Part shown: piece after piece, positions 28,715-36,697 of the stretch
Layout: the number at the start of each line of letters is the position of its first letter
How positions within the stretch are numbered: position 1 is the stretch's first letter
NCBI GenBank assembly: GCA_949283535.1
Contig: CASDTC010000002.1
Span: forward strand, 6,130 to 70,129
Length of the DNA stretch: 64,000 nucleotides
Reading direction: 5' to 3'
From: an uncultured Pseudomonadota bacterium
GTDB lineage: Bacteria > Pseudomonadota > Alphaproteobacteria > Rs-D84
The notes under the pieces: generated by a model
Databases searched by the model: none
The model's input: only the letters and a program-made list of their open reading frames with translations
What the model was told of the DNA's origin: nothing
Position numbers and translations under genes: made by a program

Positions 28715-28810
28715 ATGTTTTTACCATTTTGGCGATTATTTGTGGCACTGTTTGTATATTATTTAACACTGGAAGGACTGAAAAAATTCGGTTTGATAAA
28801 ATCTAAATAA
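28715..28810 (+). CDS. hypothetical 31-aa hydrophobic peptide
   Basis: ATG is preceded by GGGGGT. The peptide MFLPFWRLFVALFVYYLTLEGLKKFGLIKSK has a single TM-like segment. It is not in the ORF track because it is under 60 aa. Confidence 0.25.
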   Translation: MFLPFWRLFVALFVYYLTLEGLKKFGLIKSK

Positions 28811-28866
28811 AAAGGTTGCGTTTTTGCAAAACCTGTGATTAAATATACGCGCAAAAGGATTTAGTT

Positions 28867-29019
28867 ATGGCAACAAAAAGAACATATCAACCATCAAAAA
28901 CACGCCGCGTGCGTACGCACGGGTTCCGTGAAAGAATGGCGACCAAGGGCGGACGCGATGTATTAAACCGCCGTCGTGCAGCGGGTCGTAAAAGATTGGC
29001 TGTCAGTGCAGTGAATTAA
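28867..29019 (+). CDS. rpmH: 50S ribosomal protein L34
   Basis: Translated by hand (under 60 aa, so absent from the track): [51 protein letters not shown] terminator follows. Confidence 0.9.
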   Translation: MATKRTYQPSKTRRVRTHGFRERMATKGGRDVLNRRRAAGRKRLAVSAVN

Positions 29020-29750
29020 AAACGCCCAATGGGGCGTTTTTTCAAAGTGCAAAGTTCAAAGCGAAAAGTTCAAATATTGTGTCGCTACGCGACAAGTTTT
29101 ATTTACTGGATTGCCACGCCATCTGCGATGGCTCGCAATGAATCCGAGTATGTGAAAACAAGCGATAGCGCAGTTTGAACAAATACGAGGATACGCACAG
29201 GGCGCATAAGCGCCCGAGCGACACAACAACAAAAAAGAGATTGCCACGCTACGCTCGCAATGACAAAGATGTTGCACTTTCTTGAACTCTCTGACCACCC
29301 CGCCGCTGCGCGGCACCCCTCCATAGAGGGGAACTGGGTATGGTGCTTTATTTTTTATTTTCGTGTTTCAATATGCTCTCATTTCCATATTTTTTCTTTG
29401 TCATCCCGTGGCTTGACCACGGGATCCAGGTTATGGGAGCTGTCGCGCAGCGACACATATCGCATTCACTGGATCGCCACGGTCACTGCGTTCCCTCGCG
29501 ATGACAAGGAACAAATAACGACCACACTCTCTTGTCATTGCGAGCGTAGCGAAGCAATCCAGTCAATTAACCTGTTGCAACGCGACACATATTTTTTATT
29601 CAATTCAGTATTTGCTGGCGCAAATAAGTTTGATTACCTGGATTCCGGGGTCAAGCCCCGGAATGACACAGAAAAGAATAGTGCGGACAAAAACTGCACT
29701 TTGCACTCGGCACTCTGCACTTTGAAAAAACGGGGCGATGCCCCGTGTTT
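29020..29750. repeat. about 730-bp intergenic region made almost entirely of stacked hairpin repeat modules
   Basis: It contains at least nine palindromic units. Examples are GTCGCTACGCGAC, CTGGATTGCCACG..CTCGCAATG, GTCATCCCGTGGCTTGACCACGGGATCC, CACTGGATCGCCACGGTC..CGCGATGAC, GTCATTGCGAGCGTAGCGAAGCAATCCAG and GGATTCCGGGGTCAAGCCCCGGAATGAC. CAAAGTGCA boxes and a terminator sit at each end. Confidence 0.9.
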
Positions 29751-31898
29751 TTATTTCCAATCACTTGGTATCTGGTCATAATCCGATAAACCGGTTGAAC
29801 CATAGTATGTAAACATTCTTGATGCATCGGGCCAGATTTCATACAGATATTGCCCATTTATCCGTGCCGATGGCCCGGTCAGTGATGTACAGTTGCGAAA
29901 TGTATGGGCAAACATACTGCTTGCCGCCGGTCCCGATATACCCGCAAATAAATTTTCCGGAATGCTTTGTAATTCTGAACAGCTGTAAAATGTACTGTCA
30001 AACATATAATTTGCCGGGGCACCTTGGATACCCGCGAATAAATCGGCTGGGATTTCTGTTATCGCGGTATTGGAAAATGTGTCTTCAAACATACTCGATG
30101 CCGGGGCGCCACGGATCCCCGCGAATAAATCCGCCGGAATACTGGTTATATCAGTGTAAGAAAATGTACCGGCAAACATGCTCCTCGCCGGGGCACCATG
30201 TATCCCCGCAAATAAATCCGCCGGGATACTGGTTATCGCGGTATAGACAAATGTCCACTCAAACATACTCTCTGCTGGGGCGCCACGGATTCCCGCGAAT
30301 AAATCCGCCGGAATACTGGTTATATCAGTGTAAGAAAATGTACCGGCAAACATACTCGATGCCGGGGCGCCTTGTATCCCTGCAAATAAATTCGCTGGAA
30401 TTTCTGTTAGTGCGGTGTAGGCAAATGTCCAATCAAACATACCCGATGCCGGGGCGCCACGGATCCCTGCAAATAAATCGGCTGGAATTTCTGTTAGTTC
30501 GGTGCTGTCAAATGTACCGGCAAACATATACTCCGCTGGGGCGCCCTGGATGCCTGCAAATAACCCATCGGGGATACTGGTTATTGCGGTATTGACAAAT
30601 GTCTCGGCAAACATCCTCTCTGCTGGGGTTATTGTACCACTGAACAATGGTCCATCAGCCGTGGTCAGGTTTTTGCAATTATAAAATGTCCGATCAAACA
30701 TATTCGGTGCGCCATCACCGTTTAATGTACCAAACAAATTCGCCGGAATGCTGGTTATTGTGCTACCGGAAAATGTCTCAGAAAACATCTCCTCTGCCGG
30801 GGTTATTGTGCCACTGAACAATGGTCCATCAACCGTGGTCAGGTTTGGGCATTCGGAGAATGTACTCTTAAACATCCTCGGTGCGCCATTGCCGTTTAAT
30901 GTGCCAAACAAATTCGCTGGGATACTGGTTATTGCGGTATCGGAAAATGTATTGTAAAACATCCTCTCTGCTGGTGTTATTGTACCGCTGAACAATGGTC
31001 CATCAGCCGTGGTCAGGTTGGCGCAATTATAAAATGTTCTGTAAAACATACTCGCCGCACCATCACCGTTTAATGTACCAAACAAATCCGCCGGAATACT
31101 GGTTATCGCGGTATAGGCAAATGTAGCGCCAAACATAACCGGTGCTGGTGTACCCGATATGCCATCAAATAAGTCCGCGGGAATTTCTGTTATTGGCGCC
31201 ATCATAAATGCAAATGCAAAATTCGGGTTGGATCCGTCATCCATTGTCGGAAACATACGACCCAGCCCACCAGATATCTTGGCAACATTGGTCGCCATAA
31301 AAGACCCACTAATCGCATCAGTCAATGCAAATGCTGGTACCCAATTGGCACCAGTGTCTATATCAAGTTTTGCATCGCTGTAATCCGTGGCGAGACCGGT
31401 CAGTTTTATTTCATATTCACCCGATGCGCTATATGTATGGGAATATGTTGTTGTGCCAATTGGTTTGTTTGCAATAACATCACGCTTTCCATCGCCCCAA
31501 TCAATTATAAAGTTCCCAGCCGCACCAATTATCATACTAAAACTGGATGTATTTGGTGTTGTCGTTATTGTAAATGTTGGGGCTTTGACCAATGTATCAA
31601 TTGCCGTATTTGTGGCAACTGTATCCGCCGCCGCCAGCGTGGCGTATTCACCATTGCCATAATCTGTGGTCTGCTCATTATTTAAAAATTCATTTGCGAT
31701 ATCAATAACAGTCAGCAGGTATTTCATATTTGCCGCAACGCGTGGATTTGTCAGCTCCGGATTATACGGCAAATCAATGCCCCATCGGGCGTTTAAATAC
31801 TGGTGAATGTATTCCACATTTACCATTTCTGCACCGCGTGCAATGTTTGGTAAAAACATAAATATTGCAAAGATAACTGATAATATTTTACGAAACAT
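29751..31898 (-). CDS. secreted protein with a PKD-like segment and about 15 tandem 29-residue LRR-like (BspA/DUF285-like) repeats
   Basis: 715 aa with a signal peptide (..LPNIARGAEM). IDWGDG...TYSHTYSASGEYEIKLTG resembles the PKD signature. Repeats of the form ITSIPADLFAGIRGAPAxSMFxxTFxYTA follow. The C-terminus GPSARINGQYLYEIW...GLSDYDQIPSDWK is shared with the paralog at 63234. Confidence 0.75.
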   Translation of the reverse strand: MFRKILSVIFAIFMFLPNIARGAEMVNVEYIHQYLNARWGIDLPYNPELTNPRVAANMKYLLTVIDIANEFLNNEQTTDYGNGEYATLAAADTVATNTAIDTLVKAPTFTITTTPNTSSFSMIIGAAGNFIIDWGDGKRDVIANKPIGTTTYSHTYSASGEYEIKLTGLATDYSDAKLDIDTGANWVPAFALTDAISGSFMATNVAKISGGLGRMFPTMDDGSNPNFAFAFMMAPITEIPADLFDGISGTPAPVMFGATFAYTAITSIPADLFGTLNGDGAASMFYRTFYNCANLTTADGPLFSGTITPAERMFYNTFSDTAITSIPANLFGTLNGNGAPRMFKSTFSECPNLTTVDGPLFSGTITPAEEMFSETFSGSTITSIPANLFGTLNGDGAPNMFDRTFYNCKNLTTADGPLFSGTITPAERMFAETFVNTAITSIPDGLFAGIQGAPAEYMFAGTFDSTELTEIPADLFAGIRGAPASGMFDWTFAYTALTEIPANLFAGIQGAPASSMFAGTFSYTDITSIPADLFAGIRGAPAESMFEWTFVYTAITSIPADLFAGIHGAPARSMFAGTFSYTDITSIPADLFAGIRGAPASSMFEDTFSNTAITEIPADLFAGIQGAPANYMFDSTFYSCSELQSIPENLFAGISGPAASSMFAHTFRNCTSLTGPSARINGQYLYEIWPDASRMFTYYGSTGLSDYDQIPSDWK
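29830..31195 (-). repeat. in-frame 87-bp tandem repeats (two alternating subtypes) inside the LRR-like gene
   Basis: The GGGGC(G/A)CC landmarks at 30103, 30190 and 30277 are spaced 87 nt apart. Further upstream, 174-bp double units recur (..NLTTADGPLFSGTITPAERMF..). Confidence 0.85.
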
Positions 31899-31918
31899 TC
31901 ATCCCCCCATGCTGGTAA

Positions 31919-32016
31919 CAAACCACCGTTTAGATTAGGCAATAACCATGGTGCAAAACACGCAGAAAACCGGGGCGTTTACAAAATAAAAATTGCCTGA
32001 TCTAAACGGTGGTTTG
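31919..32016 (-). promoter_or_regulatory. 25-bp inverted repeat (long hairpin) in the leader/promoter of the LRR-like gene
   Basis: CAAACCACCGTTTAGATTAGGCAAT (31919-31943) and ATTGCCTGATCTAAACGGTGGTTTG (31992-32016) are complementary at 24 of 25 positions. They are separated by 48 nt and end about 20 nt upstream of the start codon. Confidence 0.6.
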
Positions 32017-32099
32017 GATTAGGCATATGTTTTATATTGATTTTATTTGTTTGCCACATATCTTGCAAGGAAAAAATTATCATGTGCGGGTTTTTGCTA

Positions 32100-32275
32100 T
32101 CCTGAATTCTCTTTGTCACCCCGGTGCTTGACACCGGGGCCCAGGTAATACAGAAGTACCGCACCCCATCCAGGGTGCGGACATAAATATACCTGGATCC
32201 CGTGGTCAAGCCACGGGATGACAAGAGAGTGGGCCCCGCCCCCATAGATGGGAAATTGGTGGGGCGTGGGGTAAA
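32100..32275. repeat. hairpin repeat modules (GTCACCCCGGTGCTTGACACCGGGGCCC and GGATCCCGTGGTCAAGCCACGGGATGAC types)
   Basis: These belong to the same unit families as 29400-29430 and 29640-29670. Confidence 0.8.
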
Positions 32276-32277
32276 CA

Positions 32278-33006
32278 TCACAATTCTGCCCAGGTGCAAA
32301 TAACAGATGCGTGTTCCGTATCACCTGTACGAATTTTGTGGCGACTGGTCAGACCATCTATTGCAACATCAACCTCTATCTGGGGGGTATCTGGACTGAT
32401 TTCTTTTTTGAAATTCAATTCAATACGCTTTAATTTGTGCTGGTTACGATACAGATATCCGACACTTTCCGTTGCCCACACGGCATAGACGGCATTGTTT
32501 ATATGCTGGTTAACATCGATATCATCAAAACGGCATTTCATAACATGCGTCTTGGTCGGTTCAAAGCCTGGGAATTTTACGAACGGTTCATCCCACGCGC
32601 GTTCAGGAATTATTGACCAATATGGCAAGTTTTCATCCAACACCAGCGGACGGCGGCGCGCCATATCAATTAAAACCCACTGTGATGTTGCGCGCACCAA
32701 CAGTCGACCATCTGCACCACGAACCTGGAAATCACGGGTCGCACGCAATGTATCGTGCGCCGATGGCCATGTGATGAACGATAATTCTTCGCCTTCGCGT
32801 GGGTCTTCGATAATATCGACCAGATAGTGCGTCACCACCCATGCCATATTATGTGCCAACAGGTATGTACGCCCACACCCCAAAACTTCGGCATGTGTGT
32901 CGGCAACGCCCTGTAATTCATTCATCAATATCAATGGGCGCACATAACCATACCTGTCGCACTGATACGCCTGTAATACGCGCTGTTCAATCAATTTTTC
33001 TGTCAT
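32278..33006 (-). CDS. acyl-ACP thioesterase family protein
   Basis: 242 aa with a double hotdog layout. Segments include MNELQGVADTHAE, AWVVTHYLVDI and RFDDIDVNQHINNAVY. The start abuts the valS stop. Confidence 0.6.
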   Translation of the reverse strand: MTEKLIEQRVLQAYQCDRYGYVRPLILMNELQGVADTHAEVLGCGRTYLLAHNMAWVVTHYLVDIIEDPREGEELSFITWPSAHDTLRATRDFQVRGADGRLLVRATSQWVLIDMARRRPLVLDENLPYWSIIPERAWDEPFVKFPGFEPTKTHVMKCRFDDIDVNQHINNAVYAVWATESVGYLYRNQHKLKRIELNFKKEISPDTPQIEVDVAIDGLTSRHKIRTGDTEHASVICTWAEL

Positions 33007-35418
33007 TTATTCACCCTGTTTTACCGGATTTTCTGTGACAACAAAATCAACCGTATCGCCCAGAACGATTTCATTCGCACGCGATGCAGACTTTATCACA
33101 CCATGCAACGATGCCGGTGTCGCAGATGGAACAGTCAATGTTGCCAGTTTCGCACCATTGCCAATCTTGCGTTCTGTGCGTAAACCGCGTACAGTCTTTA
33201 ATATATCCAATGCGATTTGCATTTCTGATATGTCCGTATCACACGCCGCATCAACTGATGGATACGCCGTTAAATGCAGTGTTTGACCACCTTCGTATGG
33301 TTGATATATTTTTTGCCACAGTTCTTCGGTTTGGAATGGTATAAACGGTGCGTACATGCCGATTATCGCACGCAATACTTCATACAAAGTCCATTGTGCT
33401 GATAATTTTGATTCCGCACTGTATTTTTCTGGGGACCAGAATCTGTCCTTGATAAATTCCAGGTACTGGTCGCAAAAGATTTCATAAAAGAATGTGTCAA
33501 TCGCACTGCGTGAATTATAATTATCGTATTTATCCAAATTACGACGAACATCCGCAATTGTCCGATTTAATTCTGCCAGTACCCATCTGTCTTCGATAAA
33601 ACGATTTTCAATCGCAACAGGCGCGGCGGCGTTCGGTTCAAAATCGTTCAAATTCATCAGAACATATTTCGCCGCATTCCATAACTTGGTCAATAATTTG
33701 GAACCGCGTTTAACCTCGTCATCACTGTATCTGATATCTGTACCAATTGGCGCAGTTGCCACCCAATAGCGCAATGCGTCGGCGCCAAATTTTTCAACAA
33801 CGGTTAACGGGTCTGTGCCATTGCCCTTGGTCTTGGACATTTTTTGCCCTTTGCTGTCGCGGACCAAACCATGAAAGTTTACCGTTCTGAATGGAACATC
33901 ATGCATTACATACATGCCCATCATTATCATACGCGCAACCCAGAAAAAGATTATATCCACGCCGGTGTACAATAAATCTGTGGGATAATATTTTTTCAAT
34001 TCTGGTGTATCATCAGGCCACCCCAATGTCGAAAATGGCCACAGCGCAGATGAAAACCATGTATCCAGCACATCATTATCGCGGGTTAATTCTTTGCCCC
34101 CAGACTGTTTGATGGCGTCCGCTTCGGTTTCAGCAACATAAATATTCCCATCTGCGTCATACCATGCCGGTATTCGATGCCCCCACCACAACTGGCGCGA
34201 AATTGGCCATGGACGGATATTATTCATCCATGACATAAATAAATTATACCGATGTTCCGGCATAAATTTTATATCGCCGTTTTCAACAACGCGTATTGCC
34301 GCGGTCGCCAATTTTTCAGCATCAACAAACCACTGGTCTGTTAAATATGGTTCAACCACAACGCCACCGCGTTCGGAATATGGTGTTGGGATTATTTTAT
34401 CTTCGATTTTTACCAATAATCCCGCCGCATCAATATCGGTAACAATTGCCGCGCGTGCCGCAAATCGGTCCATACCACGGTATTTTTCCGGTACAACCGG
34501 ATTATCATTTAATTTTGCATCAGGCGTTAATATACAAACCGGTGTCAAATTATGACGCAAGCCCACTTCCCAGTCATCAAAATCGTGTGCCGGGGTGATT
34601 TTCACCGCACCAGTTCCCTTGTCTGGGTCGGCGTGAGCATCTGCAATAATTGGTATTTCAATATCAGTCAGTGGTATGATTGCTGTACGCCCAATCAGAT
34701 GTTTTAACCGTTCGTTTTCTGGATGTACCGCAATTGCCTGGTCGCCAAATAATGTTTCTGGACGCGTGGTCGCAATTTCAATTTCACCACCACCAACCAA
34801 TGGATAATTAAAGTAATAGAATTTACCCTTTTCATCGCGGGTTTCAACTTCTAAATCAGAAACAGATGTTTGCTGTTTCGGGCACCAGTTAACCAAACGC
34901 TTTGCCCGATAAATCAACCCATCGTTATACATTTTCACAAACAACTTAACCACTGCACGCGACAGACCGTCATCCATTGTAAAGCGTTCGCGATGCCAAA
35001 CAGGCGTCACACCCAATATATGCAACTGATTTATAATTTGACCGCCCTTGTCTGCCTTCCACCCCCAGGCTGTTTTTAATAATTCTTCTTTGGACAAAGA
35101 ACGCGGATTAATGCCGCGTTTTGACAGGTCGCGTTCCACCAGCAACTGGGTTGCGATTGATGCATGGTCAGTTCCCGGTTGCCACAGGACATCATATCCA
35201 CACATACGCTTGTACCGGCAAATAATATCGGTCAAGACATTATCCAGTGCATGTCCCATATGCAGATTACCAGTAACATTTGGTGGCGGCATCATTACGC
35301 AAAATGGTGTTTTGTCAGACTTAACATCATTCGTCCAAAAGTTATTAGAATCCCAAAATTCCTGGATTCTGGATTCCATTTCACGCGTATTTATGTTTTT
35401 GCCCAATTCTGTTTTCAT
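33007..35418 (-). CDS. valS: valine--tRNA ligase (short form, 803 aa)
   Basis: The HIGH-type motif PPPNVTGNLHMGHAL, plus GTDHASIATQ and KMSKTKGN (KMSKS), are present. No C-terminal coiled-coil extension is visible. Confidence 0.9.
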   Translation of the reverse strand: MKTELGKNINTREMESRIQEFWDSNNFWTNDVKSDKTPFCVMMPPPNVTGNLHMGHALDNVLTDIICRYKRMCGYDVLWQPGTDHASIATQLLVERDLSKRGINPRSLSKEELLKTAWGWKADKGGQIINQLHILGVTPVWHRERFTMDDGLSRAVVKLFVKMYNDGLIYRAKRLVNWCPKQQTSVSDLEVETRDEKGKFYYFNYPLVGGGEIEIATTRPETLFGDQAIAVHPENERLKHLIGRTAIIPLTDIEIPIIADAHADPDKGTGAVKITPAHDFDDWEVGLRHNLTPVCILTPDAKLNDNPVVPEKYRGMDRFAARAAIVTDIDAAGLLVKIEDKIIPTPYSERGGVVVEPYLTDQWFVDAEKLATAAIRVVENGDIKFMPEHRYNLFMSWMNNIRPWPISRQLWWGHRIPAWYDADGNIYVAETEADAIKQSGGKELTRDNDVLDTWFSSALWPFSTLGWPDDTPELKKYYPTDLLYTGVDIIFFWVARMIMMGMYVMHDVPFRTVNFHGLVRDSKGQKMSKTKGNGTDPLTVVEKFGADALRYWVATAPIGTDIRYSDDEVKRGSKLLTKLWNAAKYVLMNLNDFEPNAAAPVAIENRFIEDRWVLAELNRTIADVRRNLDKYDNYNSRSAIDTFFYEIFCDQYLEFIKDRFWSPEKYSAESKLSAQWTLYEVLRAIIGMYAPFIPFQTEELWQKIYQPYEGGQTLHLTAYPSVDAACDTDISEMQIALDILKTVRGLRTERKIGNGAKLATLTVPSATPASLHGVIKSASRANEIVLGDTVDFVVTENPVKQGE

Positions 35419-35498
35419 CGCTTTATCCTATAAATTCATACCTTGTGAATCCTAGCAGATAAAAAACAAAATTCAAGCAATCATAATTCAATATACAA

Positions 35499-35933
35499 AT
35501 GCTGATTGACAAAACTGAATCAAGCAATATCATTATATTAATGACAGATAAATTATATAAAATCTTGTGCAGAATAATTCCGATTTGCTATGTATCGGTT
35601 TCAAACACAGAATTGGCAACTGTTTATTCGTTTGAATATACCGATCCAAACGGGGAAATCGTATCAGTGGATTTATTCAGTCAATTTTCGCACAATGCCC
35701 CAAACGGTTTGTATGCAAAATATGGAATGTTCATAGATTCTATGCCGGCGTGCTTTACATTTAATAAAATATCCGGGACAAATAAAAAATCAAAAAATAT
35801 AAACACACTGGCCGGTAAAATGGAAAATCTGTTAAAAATGTGTTCAGAAAAAGTTATTGCCCAAGAATTCGCCGGACAAAAAATGGGCATGGTAAAAACA
35901 CTGATGAATGAACATAATAATATCAGAAATTAA
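35499..35933 (+). CDS. hypothetical protein (up to 144 aa)
   Basis: An orphan ORF on the opposite strand between valS and comF. No motif recognised and the start is uncertain. Confidence 0.4.
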   Translation: MLIDKTESSNIIILMTDKLYKILCRIIPICYVSVSNTELATVYSFEYTDPNGEIVSVDLFSQFSHNAPNGLYAKYGMFIDSMPACFTFNKISGTNKKSKNINTLAGKMENLLKMCSEKVIAQEFAGQKMGMVKTLMNEHNNIRN

Positions 35934-35938
35934 ATATT

Positions 35939-36697
35939 TTATATTGCGCGAACAACACGGCAAAACACAACACCATATACGGATTTTGCACCGGCATTTA
36001 CCAATACACGGCGCAATTCAGAAAATGTCGCCCCAGTCGTCATAACATCATCAACCAATAATATATTCCGACCACGAATTTTGTCTGGATTAATAACAGT
36101 GAAAACGCCATGAATATTTTCGGCGCGTTGCGCCGCATTTTTATGCCCCATGTCTGGACGGTAAAGACGATGAACACTGTCCACATCCATTGGGACCCCA
36201 AACACATGTGCAATTGGACGCGCCAGTAATGCCGCCTGGTTATAACCACGATGAAATAACCGACGCCATGCCAATGGAACTGGCATAACAATATCTGGGG
36301 AAATATCAGTATCACGCAATGCCCATATCATTGCACGCGACATGAATCGTGCATTCTTTATTCGACCGGCATGTTTAAACGGCAGAACTGCGCCACGCGC
36401 AGAATCATCGTATGTACACGCCGCACGAATTAAATCCAACACGCATCCACCAGATGCACAATTTGGACACAATGCCGCGTTATCAAAATCCAGATTGGCT
36501 GGAAAAGGATAGCCACAGCGCGAACATTTTGGATTACTAATCCAATTGAACGCATTCCAACAATCACCACATAATTCACCATGTGTCGACACTGGCATAC
36601 CACATAACGGGCATGATGACGGGAATAAAAATTCTATTGATTTTTGTGAAAATCTGGTTGCGATGTTAAAAATATTATGTGCGATTTGCATTACCAC
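35939..36697 (-). CDS. comF: ComF-family protein (phosphoribosyltransferase fold)
   Basis: N-terminal Cys clusters (CPLCG...CGDCW, CSRCG..., CPNC) and the PRT motif ILLVDDVMTTGATF are present. Confidence 0.8.
   Translation of the reverse strand: MVMQIAHNIFNIATRFSQKSIEFLFPSSCPLCGMPVSTHGELCGDCWNAFNWISNPKCSRCGYPFPANLDFDNAALCPNCASGGCVLDLIRAACTYDDSARGAVLPFKHAGRIKNARFMSRAMIWALRDTDISPDIVMPVPLAWRRLFHRGYNQAALLARPIAHVFGVPMDVDSVHRLYRPDMGHKNAAQRAENIHGVFTVINPDKIRGRNILLVDDVMTTGATFSELRRVLVNAGAKSVYGVVFCRVVRAI

Noticed and set aside
28425-28866. A replication origin (DnaA-box cluster), because rpmH and gyrA are often origin-proximal
   Set aside because: I saw no TTATCCACA-like boxes or AT-rich unwinding repeats in this spacer or elsewhere in the window.
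29020-29750. Possible CRISPR array, because of many short repeated hairpins
   Set aside because: The units belong to several different families, occur in both orientations, and lack constant repeat length and unique spacers. No cas genes are present.
29260-29781. 173-aa + strand ORF, plus the 29056-29324 minus-strand ORFs, spanning the long intergenic region
   Set aside because: The ORF is made of translated hairpin repeats (CHCERSEAIQ, SSRGLTTGS, PRDDKE). It has no SD and crosses several palindromes, so it is a repeat artefact rather than a gene.
31919-32016. An invertible promoter switch (inverton) for phase variation of the LRR-like gene
   Set aside because: The spacer is only 48 bp and no site-specific recombinase is nearby. 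I kept it as a leader-hairpin finding and mention inversion only as something to check.
33007-35418. The short (803 aa) ValS as an archaeal-type, horizontally acquired enzyme, as known in Rickettsia
   Set aside because: The catalytic-core signatures (PPPNVTGNLHMGHAL, GTDHASIATQ) look bacterial-type. Shortness seems due to loss of the C-terminal coiled coil. A phylogeny would be needed to say more.
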